A DNA stretch of 64,000 bases from sequence record KX377933; one strand, written 5' to 3'. The position numbers and the translations under genes are program-made. Origin of the DNA: Escherichia phage vB_EcoM_Alf5. Below are positions 43,274 to 53,959 of this stretch, one piece after another. A model generated the notes under the pieces. That model was not told the origin of the DNA and searched no databases. It worked only from the letters and a program-made list of their open reading frames with translations. The number at the start of each line of letters is the position of its first letter. Position 1 is the stretch's first letter.

Positions 43274-45251
43274 AGGTCGTAAATTGAAAGAGGCTGGTCA
43301 GTTTGTTGGTCATTGTGCATGTCCACGTTGTGGTTCATCAGATGCTGGTTCAATCTATCATCATGACGATGATTCTTATTCGATGACTTGCTTTAGTTGT
43401 AAGAAAGGTTTCCCAGAGTGGGATTTTGATAAAGGACAAATCGTGAGCACTTATTCTACTGGTTCAGACAATAAAAACCGTACTTTCCGTGGAATGGATT
43501 TAGACGATGTAAAAGAAAACCTAGAAGCAATGGACTTGAAAGACAGGAAGATTCCTGCAAAAGTTCTTGAGCGTTTGGGTATTAAGGTTGACATTGACAG
43601 TGATGGTGAAATTGACGCACATTTCTACCCAACTTACAAACGTAATGAAGATGGTAAGCTAGAACATGTTGGCTACCGTGTTCGTCACCGTTACCCAGAA
43701 GACCATCCAAAAGAGCACCTACGTGGTAAGCTAAAAGACTTTTCTGGTGGTGTTGGAGACATTAAAGGTGAACTGGCAATGTTTGGTTCATGGATTGCTC
43801 CAGAAGGTGGTAACCGTCTATTCATCTGGGAAGGTGAGATGGAATGTGCGACAGCAATCTACATGACCTCTTTGGCGATTAAAGATAAGTCTCGTCGTAA
43901 GAATTACTGTCACGTATCTGTCCCATCAGGTGCAAACATTAAGTCTATCAAAGACAACTATCAGTACATCACATCATTTGATGAGATTTACTTGTGCTTT
44001 GATAACGATGAAGCAGGTGCTAAAGCTACCAAAGAGGCTGCTGGCATTCTCCCTATCGAGAAGGTTCGTTTATTCCAGTATCCAGAAGGTGTAAAAGACC
44101 TTAACGAATGGTGGACAAAGTTCTATAAAGAGAAAGATACAGTTCTGGAAGGATTTAAGCAGCGTATCTACAATGCACCTCGTTACTGTCCTGCTGGTAT
44201 CAAGAACTTCGCAGATGGTTTTGAGGCAATGAAGAATCGTGGTCAGATTCCATTGATTCCTTTCCCAGAATCATTCGGAGATTTGAACAGACTGACTTAT
44301 GGTGGTTATGGACTAGGTGAGATTACAACTCTGGCAGCACCATCTTCAGTGGGTAAATCAGCATACACTCGTGAAATGATTTACACAGCTTGGAAAGAAA
44401 CCGATTACAATATTGGTGTAATTCCTGTAGAAGATACCTATGAAGAGTTGATGGAGATGCTCTGTGCAATCCACCTTAGCAAGCAGATTTCTGAGATTCC
44501 TTATGATGAACGTGATTGGGATGAATTGAAGGAGGCACACGCAGAACTGTCTAAAGGTCGTCGTATCCACATCGTTGACCATCAAGGGGCAATTGACCAA
44601 GATAACTTGCTGGAATTTGTTGACTATCTTGTTAATAGTTTAGACTGTAAGATTATTATTCTTGACCCTATTACGTTGGCTCTGTCACGTTCAGATACGG
44701 ATGAAGAGGAAGTTTTGTCTGAGCTATTGCGTCGTTGCAAACGCTACCAGTATGCACAGGTGAACGTCTGTCACGTTCGTAAGAGTGCAGGTGGTCAGAA
44801 GGCTAACTCTGAAGGTGGGGATATCTCTGAAGAGGATATTAAAGGCTCTGGTGCGTATTTCCAGATTTCTATGAACAACATTCTGTTAATGCGTAACAAG
44901 GTTGACCCAGACCCTGTTAAGAAAAACTTGACAAAAATCAAGCTAACTAAATGTCGTCGTCACGGTAAGTCAACGGGTATTGCTGGTCATACTTGGTACA
45001 ATCCAGATACAGGACGTCTCATTAAAGCATCTGGTTGTGGAGTTGACATTGATGGTGCAGCAGAAAATATTCGCCAACAGTTTGGCATTGGTGAAGCTGA
45101 AGACCATTACGATGACTCTTTGCCACATTATGAGGATGAAGTGTTTGACCGTGAGACTGGTGAAGTCTATACTGAAGAGCAGCGTCAAAGCTCAACGATT
45201 CCACCTGTATTAAGTGAGGATGCAGATGACTGCCCATTCGAAACTGAGTGA
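43266..45251 (+). CDS. DNA primase-helicase (T7 gp4-like)
   Basis: N-terminal zinc ribbon CPRCGSSD...CFSCKKG; TOPRIM-like FDNDEAG; Walker A LAAPSSVGKSAYT; ATG 43266 after GAAGAGG. Confidence 0.85.
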   Translation: MSKGRKLKEAGQFVGHCACPRCGSSDAGSIYHHDDDSYSMTCFSCKKGFPEWDFDKGQIVSTYSTGSDNKNRTFRGMDLDDVKENLEAMDLKDRKIPAKVLERLGIKVDIDSDGEIDAHFYPTYKRNEDGKLEHVGYRVRHRYPEDHPKEHLRGKLKDFSGGVGDIKGELAMFGSWIAPEGGNRLFIWEGEMECATAIYMTSLAIKDKSRRKNYCHVSVPSGANIKSIKDNYQYITSFDEIYLCFDNDEAGAKATKEAAGILPIEKVRLFQYPEGVKDLNEWWTKFYKEKDTVLEGFKQRIYNAPRYCPAGIKNFADGFEAMKNRGQIPLIPFPESFGDLNRLTYGGYGLGEITTLAAPSSVGKSAYTREMIYTAWKETDYNIGVIPVEDTYEELMEMLCAIHLSKQISEIPYDERDWDELKEAHAELSKGRRIHIVDHQGAIDQDNLLEFVDYLVNSLDCKIIILDPITLALSRSDTDEEEVLSELLRRCKRYQYAQVNVCHVRKSAGGQKANSEGGDISEEDIKGSGAYFQISMNNILLMRNKVDPDPVKKNLTKIKLTKCRRHGKSTGIAGHTWYNPDTGRLIKASGCGVDIDGAAENIRQQFGIGEAEDHYDDSLPHYEDEVFDRETGEVYTEEQRQSSTIPPVLSEDADDCPFETE

Positions 45252-45660
45252 TAGTTATAAAAGAGAGGGGTTCACACCCTTCTTTGAAGAAAAAAGTTTA
45301 AATAAATTTCAGGAAGAGTGTTTGACAAAGATTGATAGGTTCTATAGAATGCTCTACATGAAATGTGATGGCGGTGTTGAGGTAGAAGAAAAGTTCCATC
45401 ACAGTATTATCACAGTCACTATTACTATACCTGAACATAATATTGGTTGGCTGTTTATAATGAAAGAAAATGTGTTTGAATATCAAGTATATCGGAGAAT
45501 ATCATGAAACACTCTAAAGCATTTGAAAAAGTTTTTGGGGATTCCTTAAAAGCCACTGCTGGAAAACCAGCAAAGTACTATGAAGAGAAACGTGTAAGAA
45601 CTGGAAAAACTGCACGTAAAGCAGCTTCTAAAGATAAGCACAACTTCCAGTAATTAGTAT

Positions 45661-45689
45661 TTGACAATAGAGTATCAACAAATTAGAAT
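45661..45689 (+). promoter_or_regulatory. sigma70-like promoter (TTGACA-17-TAGAAT)
   Basis: TTGACA 45661-45666, 17-nt spacer, TAGAAT 45684-45689, upstream of the SSB-like gene. Confidence 0.5.
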
Positions 45690-45725
45690 TGGTACTCTTC
45701 ATAAATTGAGATAGAGGTTTAAATA

Positions 45726-46583
45726 ATGTCTAAAGTTGTTAAAATGAAAGCTCCGGTAGAGAAGTACAACGGTACTGAACGTCAAACTCTGCGTTACCTA
45801 CTGAAAGATGTCTGGTTTTATTACCTGAACACTTCACCACGTCCGGGAAAAGGTAAGTCTATTGATAAGAAATTCCCAGGAAAAGATTGTAACTACAGCG
45901 TATCAATTCTGGCAGAAGACGGTAACAAACTGTTTAAAGAGTTTACTAAGTCTAAGAAAAATCCAGAAGGCTGGGATAAAGTTACTACTGAAGCAGTTGA
46001 TGCAGATGACTTCGAAGAGAAGTTTGGTTGTAAACCACCTTTTGAAGCAGACACTTACTACATCTTGAAAGTAAGTCGTGCAGCAGCTTATAAAGATGGT
46101 GCTGTATGGACAGCTAAACAGTCATTCCCTGTAATGCTGATTGAAGAAGTAAATGGTAAGCGTGTAGCTGTTAAGCAGCCGATGAAGAAAATCAAAGCTC
46201 AAGCATCTGATAAACATGAAGATGACAAGAACTATGATGTAATTCATCCAGATATTGCAGTTGGCAACGGTTCTTTTGGTAGTGTGATTCTTTCTACTCA
46301 CTTCTACACTTTTGAGAACAATGTTCTGACAAAACCTATTCAGGAACAGTTTATCATTGACACTCTTGTACCTTACACTGGTGGTAACGGTGCTAATGGT
46401 GAGCCTGAACTGGATGAAGATGAACTGGCTATGCTTGGTCTTGACGGTGTTGAAGATAACGGTGAAATCACTGAAGAAGACGCAACAGACCATAAACCTT
46501 CGAATGCTTCTGATGATGGTGATGATGAAGATTTGCCAGACCCAGATGACGAAGAAGATGAAGACTTCGATACAGAAGACTAA
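45726..46583 (+). CDS. single-stranded DNA-binding protein (putative)
   Basis: 285 aa with strongly acidic C-terminal tail DDGDDEDLPDPDDEEDEDFDTED; preceded by promoter at 45661. Confidence 0.55.
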   Translation: MSKVVKMKAPVEKYNGTERQTLRYLLKDVWFYYLNTSPRPGKGKSIDKKFPGKDCNYSVSILAEDGNKLFKEFTKSKKNPEGWDKVTTEAVDADDFEEKFGCKPPFEADTYYILKVSRAAAYKDGAVWTAKQSFPVMLIEEVNGKRVAVKQPMKKIKAQASDKHEDDKNYDVIHPDIAVGNGSFGSVILSTHFYTFENNVLTKPIQEQFIIDTLVPYTGGNGANGEPELDEDELAMLGLDGVEDNGEITEEDATDHKPSNASDDGDDEDLPDPDDEEDEDFDTED

Positions 46584-46600
46584 TCTCTAAAAGTTACTTT

Positions 46601-46630
46601 AAAGCCCTGTACTCAGTATGGGGCTTTTTC
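46601..46630 (+). terminator. candidate intrinsic terminator
   Basis: AAAGCCC...GGGGCTTTTT short hairpin with T-run. Confidence 0.45.
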
Positions 46631-46645
46631 ATATGGAGAGCCATA

Positions 46646-47686
46646 ATGGAGAAGTACACATTAACAAAACTTCCCGATTCAGTTACACATGTTTTTATTG
46701 ACTCTGACAGTATTGCCTATAAAGGTGCTTGTGTAGTTGAGAAAGCAAAGTATAAATACGTCAATAAACTCACAGCAGAAGAATCTGAACCATTTGACAA
46801 TGCGAAAGATGCTGCAAGATGGTTAGCAGACCAGAGAATCCTTGTGGAAGAACTTGGCCTGACATTTGATGAAGATGAATGGGAAAGACAGACTTGGAAA
46901 GAAGCTAAGAGTGAAAAAGAAGCTATCATGGCTACTCAACAGGTTCTTCAGGAATGGCTCAAGGTTGTTGGGAAAGAGAGAACTTGGGTGGGTTATTTAA
47001 CAGAGAAAGGTGTGCATAAACATAAAGACATTAAAGGTCTTGAGCACCAATATCAAGGTAACCGCAAAGATGCTGTCACACCAACACACTTAGTTGCTTG
47101 TCGTGAATATCTTTTATCCAGACCAGAGTTCAAACTCTTAAGGGGTGGCTTCGAAGCCGATTCAATCGTAATTGCTAAAGCTGAAAAGATGGGTAAGAAA
47201 GCTGCTCTTATGAGTATTGACAAAGACCTTCGACAAGCTGAAGGAACTTATTGTATTGATATGACTTATGAAAAGTCACCACTAATTTTTATCGCTGATA
47301 ATAATGTTGGTGATATCTGGGATTGCCCTATCAAATCAAAACCAAAAGCTGCAAAAACAGTTGGTGTAGGTTTTAAATTCTTGTGTTATCAGGCTGTTGC
47401 TGGAGATAATGCAGACAACTACTTTGGCCTTAAAGGTGCTGGTAAAGTAGCTGTGATGAATGCTTTAGAGGGTAAAGAAACCTACAAAGAGTGTCTTGAC
47501 GCTATCTATGAACTTTATGCTAAAAAAGACTCTTATACCTATGTGTCATGGGATGGTCAGACTGTTACAAAGACACCGTTAGAGTTAATGGAACAGCATT
47601 TCTGGGTGGCATATCAAGAGAGAAATCCAAAAGATAATTTCTCTTTTAAGAAATATAATTGGGAGCCATGTATGAATGAAAATTAA
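46646..47686 (+). CDS. 5'-3' exonuclease (T7 gp6-like, FEN family)
   Basis: Acidic clusters in T7 gp6-like spacing (HVFIDSDSIAY, SIDKDLRQ, AGDNADNYFGLKGAG). Confidence 0.55.
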   Translation: MEKYTLTKLPDSVTHVFIDSDSIAYKGACVVEKAKYKYVNKLTAEESEPFDNAKDAARWLADQRILVEELGLTFDEDEWERQTWKEAKSEKEAIMATQQVLQEWLKVVGKERTWVGYLTEKGVHKHKDIKGLEHQYQGNRKDAVTPTHLVACREYLLSRPEFKLLRGGFEADSIVIAKAEKMGKKAALMSIDKDLRQAEGTYCIDMTYEKSPLIFIADNNVGDIWDCPIKSKPKAAKTVGVGFKFLCYQAVAGDNADNYFGLKGAGKVAVMNALEGKETYKECLDAIYELYAKKDSYTYVSWDGQTVTKTPLELMEQHFWVAYQERNPKDNFSFKKYNWEPCMNEN

Positions 47687-48173
47687 AGGATTTGGCAATT
47701 GCCCCACCTATGGTCATTGGGTATCTTTATGTGGGGAAGTTGACCCCACTAAACATTTTGGCTTTGTCTATTTAGTACACTGTAAGAAGACTGGACAATA
47801 CTATATAGGAAAGAAACAGCTTAACAGTGTGACCAAAAGAAAAGTTGCTGGGAAGACTCGGAAGAAGGTAGTCACTAAGGAAAGTGATTGGATGACTTAC
47901 GAGACCTCTTCTGAGTATATTAAAAAAGATATTGAAAGCTTTGGAAAGGAATCTTTTGACTTTTACATTATCCAAACCTACTACACAAAAGGTGGCCTAG
48001 TTTATGGAGAAGCAAACCTTCAACATAAGTTCGATGTAATGACAAAAAGGATTGACTCGAAGCTCAGACTCTTCTACAATGCCAATATTGCAGCAATTAA
48101 GTTTATTACTAAAGAAACTTATGAAGATGCTGAAAAAAGAATCCATAAGGTAATGAAAGCAAATTGTGCTTGA
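47676..48173 (+). CDS. GIY-YIG-like nuclease domain protein (putative)
   Basis: FGFVYLVHCKKTGQYYIGKK fits the GIY-(10)-YIG pattern; 165 aa. Confidence 0.4.
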   Translation: MKIKGFGNCPTYGHWVSLCGEVDPTKHFGFVYLVHCKKTGQYYIGKKQLNSVTKRKVAGKTRKKVVTKESDWMTYETSSEYIKKDIESFGKESFDFYIIQTYYTKGGLVYGEANLQHKFDVMTKRIDSKLRLFYNANIAAIKFITKETYEDAEKRIHKVMKANCA

Positions 48174-48179
48174 TAACTA

Positions 48180-48443
48180 TTGAGAGAGAATAAAATGTTT
48201 AACAAAAGTAAAGCTGTGAGCCATGTAGCAAAAGTTGACAGCAAGATTGAAGAACTTGAGCGCATCCTTGCAAATGCTAGAGAGTCAATAATTAAAGAAG
48301 TTGAATCTGTTGAATCTCAAATGCAGCACCTAATGCTTAAACGTCAAGAGCTACGTGAGCATCTAGAATATATTGAAACACGAGAGCTAAAGGTTAACAA
48401 ATATTTTAAGGAGTCCGAATGTTTAACTCAAGAGAATCAGTAA
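48180..48443 (+). CDS. hypothetical coiled-coil protein
   Basis: 87 aa ORF. Confidence 0.35.
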   Translation: MRENKMFNKSKAVSHVAKVDSKIEELERILANARESIIKEVESVESQMQHLMLKRQELREHLEYIETRELKVNKYFKESECLTQENQ

Positions 48444-49174
48444 AAAACTGGAACCTTCGTTGTGGAAACACTCAAAAGCAACCTTACAGTGATGAGTATT
48501 GGGAATCTTTAAAATCTCAATCTCTGTGTATGCTTGAAGAAGCAAAAGAGCTTGTAAAAGCAATTGAAGAGAAAGACCCCATTGAAACACTGGATGCTCA
48601 GGCAGATTTACAATATGTTCTTGACGGCTTGATTTATCTGTCACAACATGACCATAACGGTGCTATGAAAGCTGTTTGCCATAATAATGACCTGAAGTAC
48701 ACAGATGACTATGAAGAAGCTTTAAAACGTCTTGCAGACATTGAAAAGCGTACTGGTCAAGAGTGTATTATCAGAATGTCAGTAGTTGATGGTAAAGAGT
48801 GGTATGCGATTGTTCGTGCAGCCGATGGGAAGATTATGAAGCAATCAAATCTCCCTAAAGTACAGCTTGGTGAATACATTGTAGAACTTGAAAGCCAAGA
48901 ACTTTTTGTGGTAGTATCTGAGACATGCGTTATCTGCAAAGGTATTGTAGGTAGCTTAAAGGATTTGGGTGTAGATGGTTTTGTAGAAGTTAATCCAATT
49001 ACCTCTAAAGCAGATAAAGACTTCTGTAAAGAGAATGGACTATGGATTGCAGATATTGTCTATTATGATGGTGAGCAGTTCCATGTAACCTCATACCCGA
49101 AACTGAATTATGATGCTAATAACCTGAAGTGCTGGTTAAAAGGGGTTGGTTATAATGGATTCACAGAACATTAA
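48419..49174 (+). CDS. hypothetical protein with MazG-like N-terminal region (putative)
   Basis: N-terminal helical E/D-rich pattern (EYWESL...LEEAKELVKAIEE...ETLDAQADLQYVLDGL) resembles MazG-type NTP pyrophosphohydrolases. Confidence 0.3.
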   Translation: MFNSRESVKNWNLRCGNTQKQPYSDEYWESLKSQSLCMLEEAKELVKAIEEKDPIETLDAQADLQYVLDGLIYLSQHDHNGAMKAVCHNNDLKYTDDYEEALKRLADIEKRTGQECIIRMSVVDGKEWYAIVRAADGKIMKQSNLPKVQLGEYIVELESQELFVVVSETCVICKGIVGSLKDLGVDGFVEVNPITSKADKDFCKENGLWIADIVYYDGEQFHVTSYPKLNYDANNLKCWLKGVGYNGFTEH

Positions 49175-49478
49175 TAAAGAGGGTGTGGCTCAGAAGAGCC
49201 ACTTCTCAAACTACAATATTTCTATGACGGTGTTTATGAATGACCCGTTACTTGAAAAGTATGGTGAGACTCCAGATACACTTCTGGATAATGAACAAGT
49301 TTTAAAAGCAGTCCTGTACAAATACGGGATTGACATTGAGAAAGAGTATTCTTTTGAAATCTGCCAACACAGAAATACTTTCGGTAAAGTTGTGATGGCT
49401 CCACTCTTTATGGGTGTAGAAAGGACTGATTATGGTTGGCTGTATCTAAAAAGAAACTTGGAGAAATACCGTGTCTAA
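49146..49478 (+). CDS. hypothetical protein
   Basis: 110 aa ORF. Confidence 0.3.
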   Translation: MVIMDSQNINKEGVAQKSHFSNYNISMTVFMNDPLLEKYGETPDTLLDNEQVLKAVLYKYGIDIEKEYSFEICQHRNTFGKVVMAPLFMGVERTDYGWLYLKRNLEKYRV

Positions 49479-49806
49479 AACAAAAAAGCTATCTTATGAT
49501 GACATCATCTCAGGTGCTAAGTTAGGTGTTGACAGTATCGGACAAGATATCAAGCACGGGGACACAGTTATGTACTGTGATGACCGAAGAGGAAGAAGCG
49601 CAATCTTGTTTGGGAGAATTGTTTGCAAGATGCGAGGTAATTATGTTGTTGCAGACATGGATGTGAACGTTACACAAAAACTTGAAACGATTATGGGTGA
49701 TAATACACCGTCATGGCTCCTGAATTGTATGCACACTTCTTCAGTCACAAAAGTAAGTGATAAGTTTTACGATATGTGGCAGAATGAGCAAATTTTCAAG
49801 ATTTAA
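49471..49806 (+). CDS. hypothetical protein
   Basis: 111 aa ORF followed by terminator. Confidence 0.35.
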   Translation: MSKTKKLSYDDIISGAKLGVDSIGQDIKHGDTVMYCDDRRGRSAILFGRIVCKMRGNYVVADMDVNVTQKLETIMGDNTPSWLLNCMHTSSVTKVSDKFYDMWQNEQIFKI

Positions 49807-49812
49807 ACTATG

Positions 49813-49834
49813 GAGCCTCTTCGGAGGCTCTTTT
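49813..49834 (+). terminator. intrinsic terminator (UUCG tetraloop)
   Basis: GAGCCTC-TTCG-GAGGCTC followed by TTTT. Confidence 0.7.
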
Positions 49835-49852
49835 CATCTGTAGGATTCGAAA

Positions 49853-52087
49853 ATGATTAAGACAATTAAAAAATCAAATGGTACAGTAGTAAGCTTTGAC
49901 CCAGAAAGACTGAATAAGTGGGCATCATGGGCAGATAAACGTGGGATTATCTGGTCAGAAGTCACTATGGAAGCTATGAAACGTGTTTATGAAGGATGCA
50001 CCACAAAAGAGATGCACCAAGCCATGATTGATGTTTGTGTTGATAAACAAACTCAAGAATACTCAGATATGGCTGGACGGCTACTTTTGGGTATTATCTA
50101 CAAAGAAGCCTTTGGAGGCTTTACTAAGGTTCCTACGCTGGTTACCTTCGTTAAAAATATGGAGAGAGCAGGACTTTGGGAGAAGATGGATTATTCACAG
50201 GAAGAGCTTGAATACCTGCAAGGTTACATCGTACACTCAAAAGATATCTCTTACGGTTATGCAGTCTTGAAACAGTTCAGAGACAAGTATGGTATCCGTG
50301 ATATTAAAACGGGAAGACTTTTTGAGTCACCACAATTTATGTTTATGGGTATGGCTATGAAAGCTTTTGAGAAGCAACCAAAGCACCGTAGACTGCAAGA
50401 TGTTATCAAGCTGTACACTTATCTATCTGACCTGAAGATTAATGCTCCTACACCTTATTTAAACGGTTTAAGAGCTACTAAATCAGGCTATGCATCATGC
50501 TGTTTGATTAAGGCAAATGATACTGCTGAGTCTCTCGGTATTGCTGCAAAGGTTGCTTATGATATGACCACAAAGCAAGCTGGTATTGGTATGCTGATGG
50601 AGACACGCACTATTGGTGATGGTATCCGTCAAAATACGATTGAGCACATGGGTAAACTACCTTATTACAAGCTTGTACGTTCATCTGTAGAGGCAAACAA
50701 ACAGAAGAGTCGTGGTGGTTCAGCTAATAACTTCTACACTGCTCTAGACCCGCAGATTGAAGATTTACTGCGTTTGAAGCACCCTACAACGGTTCCTTCT
50801 AAACGTATTAATGAGATGGACTACTCATTCGGCACAAACGATTATTTCTGGCAGTGTGTTCAGTATGATACAGATTGGTTGCTATTCTCTTACAAAGATG
50901 CACCAAAACTCTATGACATGTTCTACACAGCATCTGCTGATGAGTTTGCTATGGCAGTTGGTCACGCAGTACATTCAGGAGTTAAGCACAGACGAGTAAA
51001 GGCTCGTGAAATTGCTAAGCTGTTTATTCAACAGCGTTATGCTACAGGTCGTGTGTATCCATTCTTCACTAACAATGCAAACACACATACACCATTTAAA
51101 GAGCCTTTGAAGATGTCAAATCTTTGTATGGAAATTGTGTTGCCAGTGTATGGTTTTGAGAAAGAGACAGACCTTTACAGAGACGATGCTGTGAAAGAGG
51201 ATGGTGAGGTGGCTCTTTGCTTCCTAGCTAGTTTGGTTGCAGGGAGAATTTCAGAAGATGAATACGCTGACGTTGCTTATTATGCTCTTGCAATGGTTGA
51301 CTCCGTTATTGACCTTATGGATTATCCGTATCCGTCGATGCGTAACCATGTTCAGAAGCGTCGTTCTGTTGGGATTGGCCTTACAAATGTGGCTCATTAC
51401 CTTGCGAAGAACTACGTGAACTACTCTTCACGAGCAGGTAAAACGAAACTTCATGAACTTGCAGAGATGCACTCTTACTATCTGCATGAAGCTTCTCTGA
51501 GACTTGCTAAAGAGCGTGGTGTTCCAGAGTACATGAAGTTCACTAAGTATCCTGAAGGCTGGGTTCCTCCAAAGACAGCTAACAAGAAGATTGATGAAAA
51601 GCATGATGCAAAACTACGATATGATTGGGATGACTTAGCACAACGTATCAAAGAAAATGGTGGAATCCGAAACTCTGTATTAGAAGCTTACATGCCTAAT
51701 GAGAGTTCTTCACTAGCAACTAATACGACAAACGGCTTGTACCCAATTCGTGACTTTATTTTAACTAAAAAGTCTGCAACTGGTAACGTACTGTTTATTG
51801 TTCCAGATTATGAAGAGTTGAAGTATGTCTATGAAATTGCTTGGGATATTGACACCTTTGATATGATTGATTGTTATGCAATTGTTCAAAAGTTCACTGG
51901 TCAAGCTATCTCTTCAGACTTCTATGTTGACTATGCAAAGTCTAAGAAGGTATCATTGGCTCAAGCTCTGAAGTACATGATTTATGCCAACTCAGTAGGT
52001 ATGAAAACCATGTACTACCTTAACAGTCGCATTGGTGTAGGTAAATCTGCGCTGCAAGATGCTTATTGCGAGGGTTGTGGTGTTTAG
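49853..52087 (+). CDS. nrdA: ribonucleotide reductase class Ia alpha subunit
   Basis: 744 aa; ATP-cone-like N-terminus, NLCMEI and C-terminal YCEGCGV Cys pair. Confidence 0.85.
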   Translation: MIKTIKKSNGTVVSFDPERLNKWASWADKRGIIWSEVTMEAMKRVYEGCTTKEMHQAMIDVCVDKQTQEYSDMAGRLLLGIIYKEAFGGFTKVPTLVTFVKNMERAGLWEKMDYSQEELEYLQGYIVHSKDISYGYAVLKQFRDKYGIRDIKTGRLFESPQFMFMGMAMKAFEKQPKHRRLQDVIKLYTYLSDLKINAPTPYLNGLRATKSGYASCCLIKANDTAESLGIAAKVAYDMTTKQAGIGMLMETRTIGDGIRQNTIEHMGKLPYYKLVRSSVEANKQKSRGGSANNFYTALDPQIEDLLRLKHPTTVPSKRINEMDYSFGTNDYFWQCVQYDTDWLLFSYKDAPKLYDMFYTASADEFAMAVGHAVHSGVKHRRVKAREIAKLFIQQRYATGRVYPFFTNNANTHTPFKEPLKMSNLCMEIVLPVYGFEKETDLYRDDAVKEDGEVALCFLASLVAGRISEDEYADVAYYALAMVDSVIDLMDYPYPSMRNHVQKRRSVGIGLTNVAHYLAKNYVNYSSRAGKTKLHELAEMHSYYLHEASLRLAKERGVPEYMKFTKYPEGWVPPKTANKKIDEKHDAKLRYDWDDLAQRIKENGGIRNSVLEAYMPNESSSLATNTTNGLYPIRDFILTKKSATGNVLFIVPDYEELKYVYEIAWDIDTFDMIDCYAIVQKFTGQAISSDFYVDYAKSKKVSLAQALKYMIYANSVGMKTMYYLNSRIGVGKSALQDAYCEGCGV

Positions 52088-52142
52088 TTTTAACAACTAT
52101 GAGGGTCGTAAAAGACCCTCTAAAAATAACTTTGGAGAGACC

Positions 52143-52400
52143 ATGAAAGATTTAATAGAAAAACATGAGCGACCTATATACTTGCTCCATAAGCCTCGGA
52201 AAACGATGTACTATGTGAGTAGCACAGACATGATGATAAAACAAAATGATGACTCATGGGTTGCTGGTATCTCTTACATCTCTACAGCAGATGGTAAAAT
52301 CTACGCAAGACCTTATGAGATGTTTAACAAAGAAAATTGGGAAGTTTTAGACAGAAAACAAGCCTTAGAAATGATAAAGAAAGGAGAAATCACGCTATGA
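52143..52400 (+). CDS. hypothetical small protein
   Basis: ATG 52143 after GGAGAG; stop overlaps the nrdB start (ATGA). Confidence 0.4.
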   Translation: MKDLIEKHERPIYLLHKPRKTMYYVSSTDMMIKQNDDSWVAGISYISTADGKIYARPYEMFNKENWEVLDRKQALEMIKKGEITL

Positions 52401-53470
52401 TTAACCAGCACCCAATCTTTTTAGGTGGTGAGAGAAAAACTTTTGACTCACTCAATAAGCACTACCCAAAAATCTTTGAACTTTATAAACAACAAAAAGC
52501 ACAAGATTGGTCAGAAGATGAGTTCCCTTTTGAACAATCACGTCTTGATTTTGAGAGTGTCCCAGCATCAATGTCAGGTGTAATGCTTGAGATTCTTAAG
52601 TGGCAATGGGAAGCAGACACTCAAGTTGCTAAGAGCTTGGCATTTGCCTTTGCACCCTTTATCTCTGACGACATCTATGCAACTGCAATTATGAAGCAGT
52701 CTGAGATTGAAAACCTACATGCTCTTACTTACTCAGAGATTGTAAGACAATGTATTAAAAACCCTGAAACAATCTTAGATGAGATTAACCAGAATGTTGC
52801 TGTGCAAGACCGATTAAAAACTGTGAATCGTGTTCTTGAAGAATTACTGGATGAGGGTATAAACTATCGGCTGAGTTATGTGCGTGACTCACTTTTGGAC
52901 AAAGACCCTTTACACTTCCATAAAGTGATTCTAAAAGGTCTGTTTGCAGTGACTGCACTTGAAGGTATATCTTTTATGGCATCCTTTGCATGTACCTTTG
53001 CACTTGATGCTCAAGATAAATTTCAGGGTATTGCTCAAGCTGTCCAGAAAATTATGCTTGACGAAATTCTTCACACTAAAATTGATATTGAAGTTTTAAA
53101 AGAAACTTTAAGAGATGATGAGTGGCAGAAAGCTTTTCAACAAATTCTTCCAGAGATTAAAGTAATCTTAGATGAAGTAGTTGAAAGTGAAGAAAAATGG
53201 TCGTATTATATCTTCTCTGAAGGGCGTGCTGTAGTTGGCTTAAATACAAAGCTTCTTCATGAGTGGGTTTACTATAATGCTGCCCCACTGTATGATATGT
53301 TTGGCATTCCAAGAGATTTTGTAGCTCCTAAAGAACCACCTTTGAAGTACATGATTAAGAAGATGGAAATTGATAAAGAGCAGAATGCTAATCAGGAGCA
53401 ACAGAACGGTGCGTACCTATTGAATACTGTTGTAGATGATTTGAATAGTGGATTTTTAGAGGTTCCTTAA
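52397..53470 (+). CDS. nrdB: ribonucleotide reductase class Ia beta subunit
   Basis: Follows nrdA; ~357 aa; ATG 52397 after AAGGAGA (ORF-track start 52337 lies inside the upstream gene). Confidence 0.75.
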   Translation: MINQHPIFLGGERKTFDSLNKHYPKIFELYKQQKAQDWSEDEFPFEQSRLDFESVPASMSGVMLEILKWQWEADTQVAKSLAFAFAPFISDDIYATAIMKQSEIENLHALTYSEIVRQCIKNPETILDEINQNVAVQDRLKTVNRVLEELLDEGINYRLSYVRDSLLDKDPLHFHKVILKGLFAVTALEGISFMASFACTFALDAQDKFQGIAQAVQKIMLDEILHTKIDIEVLKETLRDDEWQKAFQQILPEIKVILDEVVESEEKWSYYIFSEGRAVVGLNTKLLHEWVYYNAAPLYDMFGIPRDFVAPKEPPLKYMIKKMEIDKEQNANQEQQNGAYLLNTVVDDLNSGFLEVP

Positions 53471-53712
53471 TGACTTATGTAATTTACTCCAAAACTGGAT
53501 GCCCTCAGTGTGAGACTGCAAAGAATTTTGCAAAAGCTCGCGGTATTGACCATGTTGTGAGGATGTTAGGGCAGGATTATGAGCTATCAGAACTAATGGA
53601 TATTGCACAGATGCCAGTTCGTCAGATGCCATTCATCATGAAAACTGATGGACAAAACCTAAAACCTGTTGGGACGCTACAGAATTTTATGGCAGAGGTG
53701 AATAATGCTTAA
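53470..53712 (+). CDS. glutaredoxin/NrdH-like redoxin
   Basis: 80 aa with N-terminal CPQC dithiol motif; adjacent to RNR genes. Confidence 0.6.
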   Translation: MTYVIYSKTGCPQCETAKNFAKARGIDHVVRMLGQDYELSELMDIAQMPVRQMPFIMKTDGQNLKPVGTLQNFMAEVNNA

Positions 53713-53911
53713 ACGCCTTTGGGAAGGTTTGGTTATTGATGCACCAGTTATTGTAATTGGTATGCTTATTGCTAACCTATTTACTGACTTTAAACAAGGT
53801 TTGTTGTTTGGAGCCATGTTACTATGGGTTATCTTTGAGATATTAGAGATACAGTTAGGTATCACTGAAAAACTAAGAGAACTCTTTGCGAAGTTTTCTA
53901 AAAAGATTTAA
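53705..53911 (+). CDS. small membrane protein
   Basis: 68 aa, two hydrophobic segments. Confidence 0.35.
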   Translation: MLKRLWEGLVIDAPVIVIGMLIANLFTDFKQGLLFGAMLLWVIFEILEIQLGITEKLRELFAKFSKKI

Positions 53912-53916
53912 AATGA

Positions 53917-53941
53917 AAGGGTCTCTTCGGAGACCTTTTTA
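53917..53941 (+). terminator. intrinsic terminator (UUCG tetraloop)
   Basis: GGTCTC-TTCG-GAGACC followed by TTTTT. Confidence 0.65.
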
Positions 53942-53959
53942 GCATATAAAGGGGCAATA

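Noticed and set aside
45214-45507. ORF (97 aa) overlapping the 3' end of the primase-helicase gene
   Set aside because: Overlaps the helicase C-terminus in another frame with no RBS; a short ORF at 45505-45651 with a basic product may be real instead but is below my confidence threshold.
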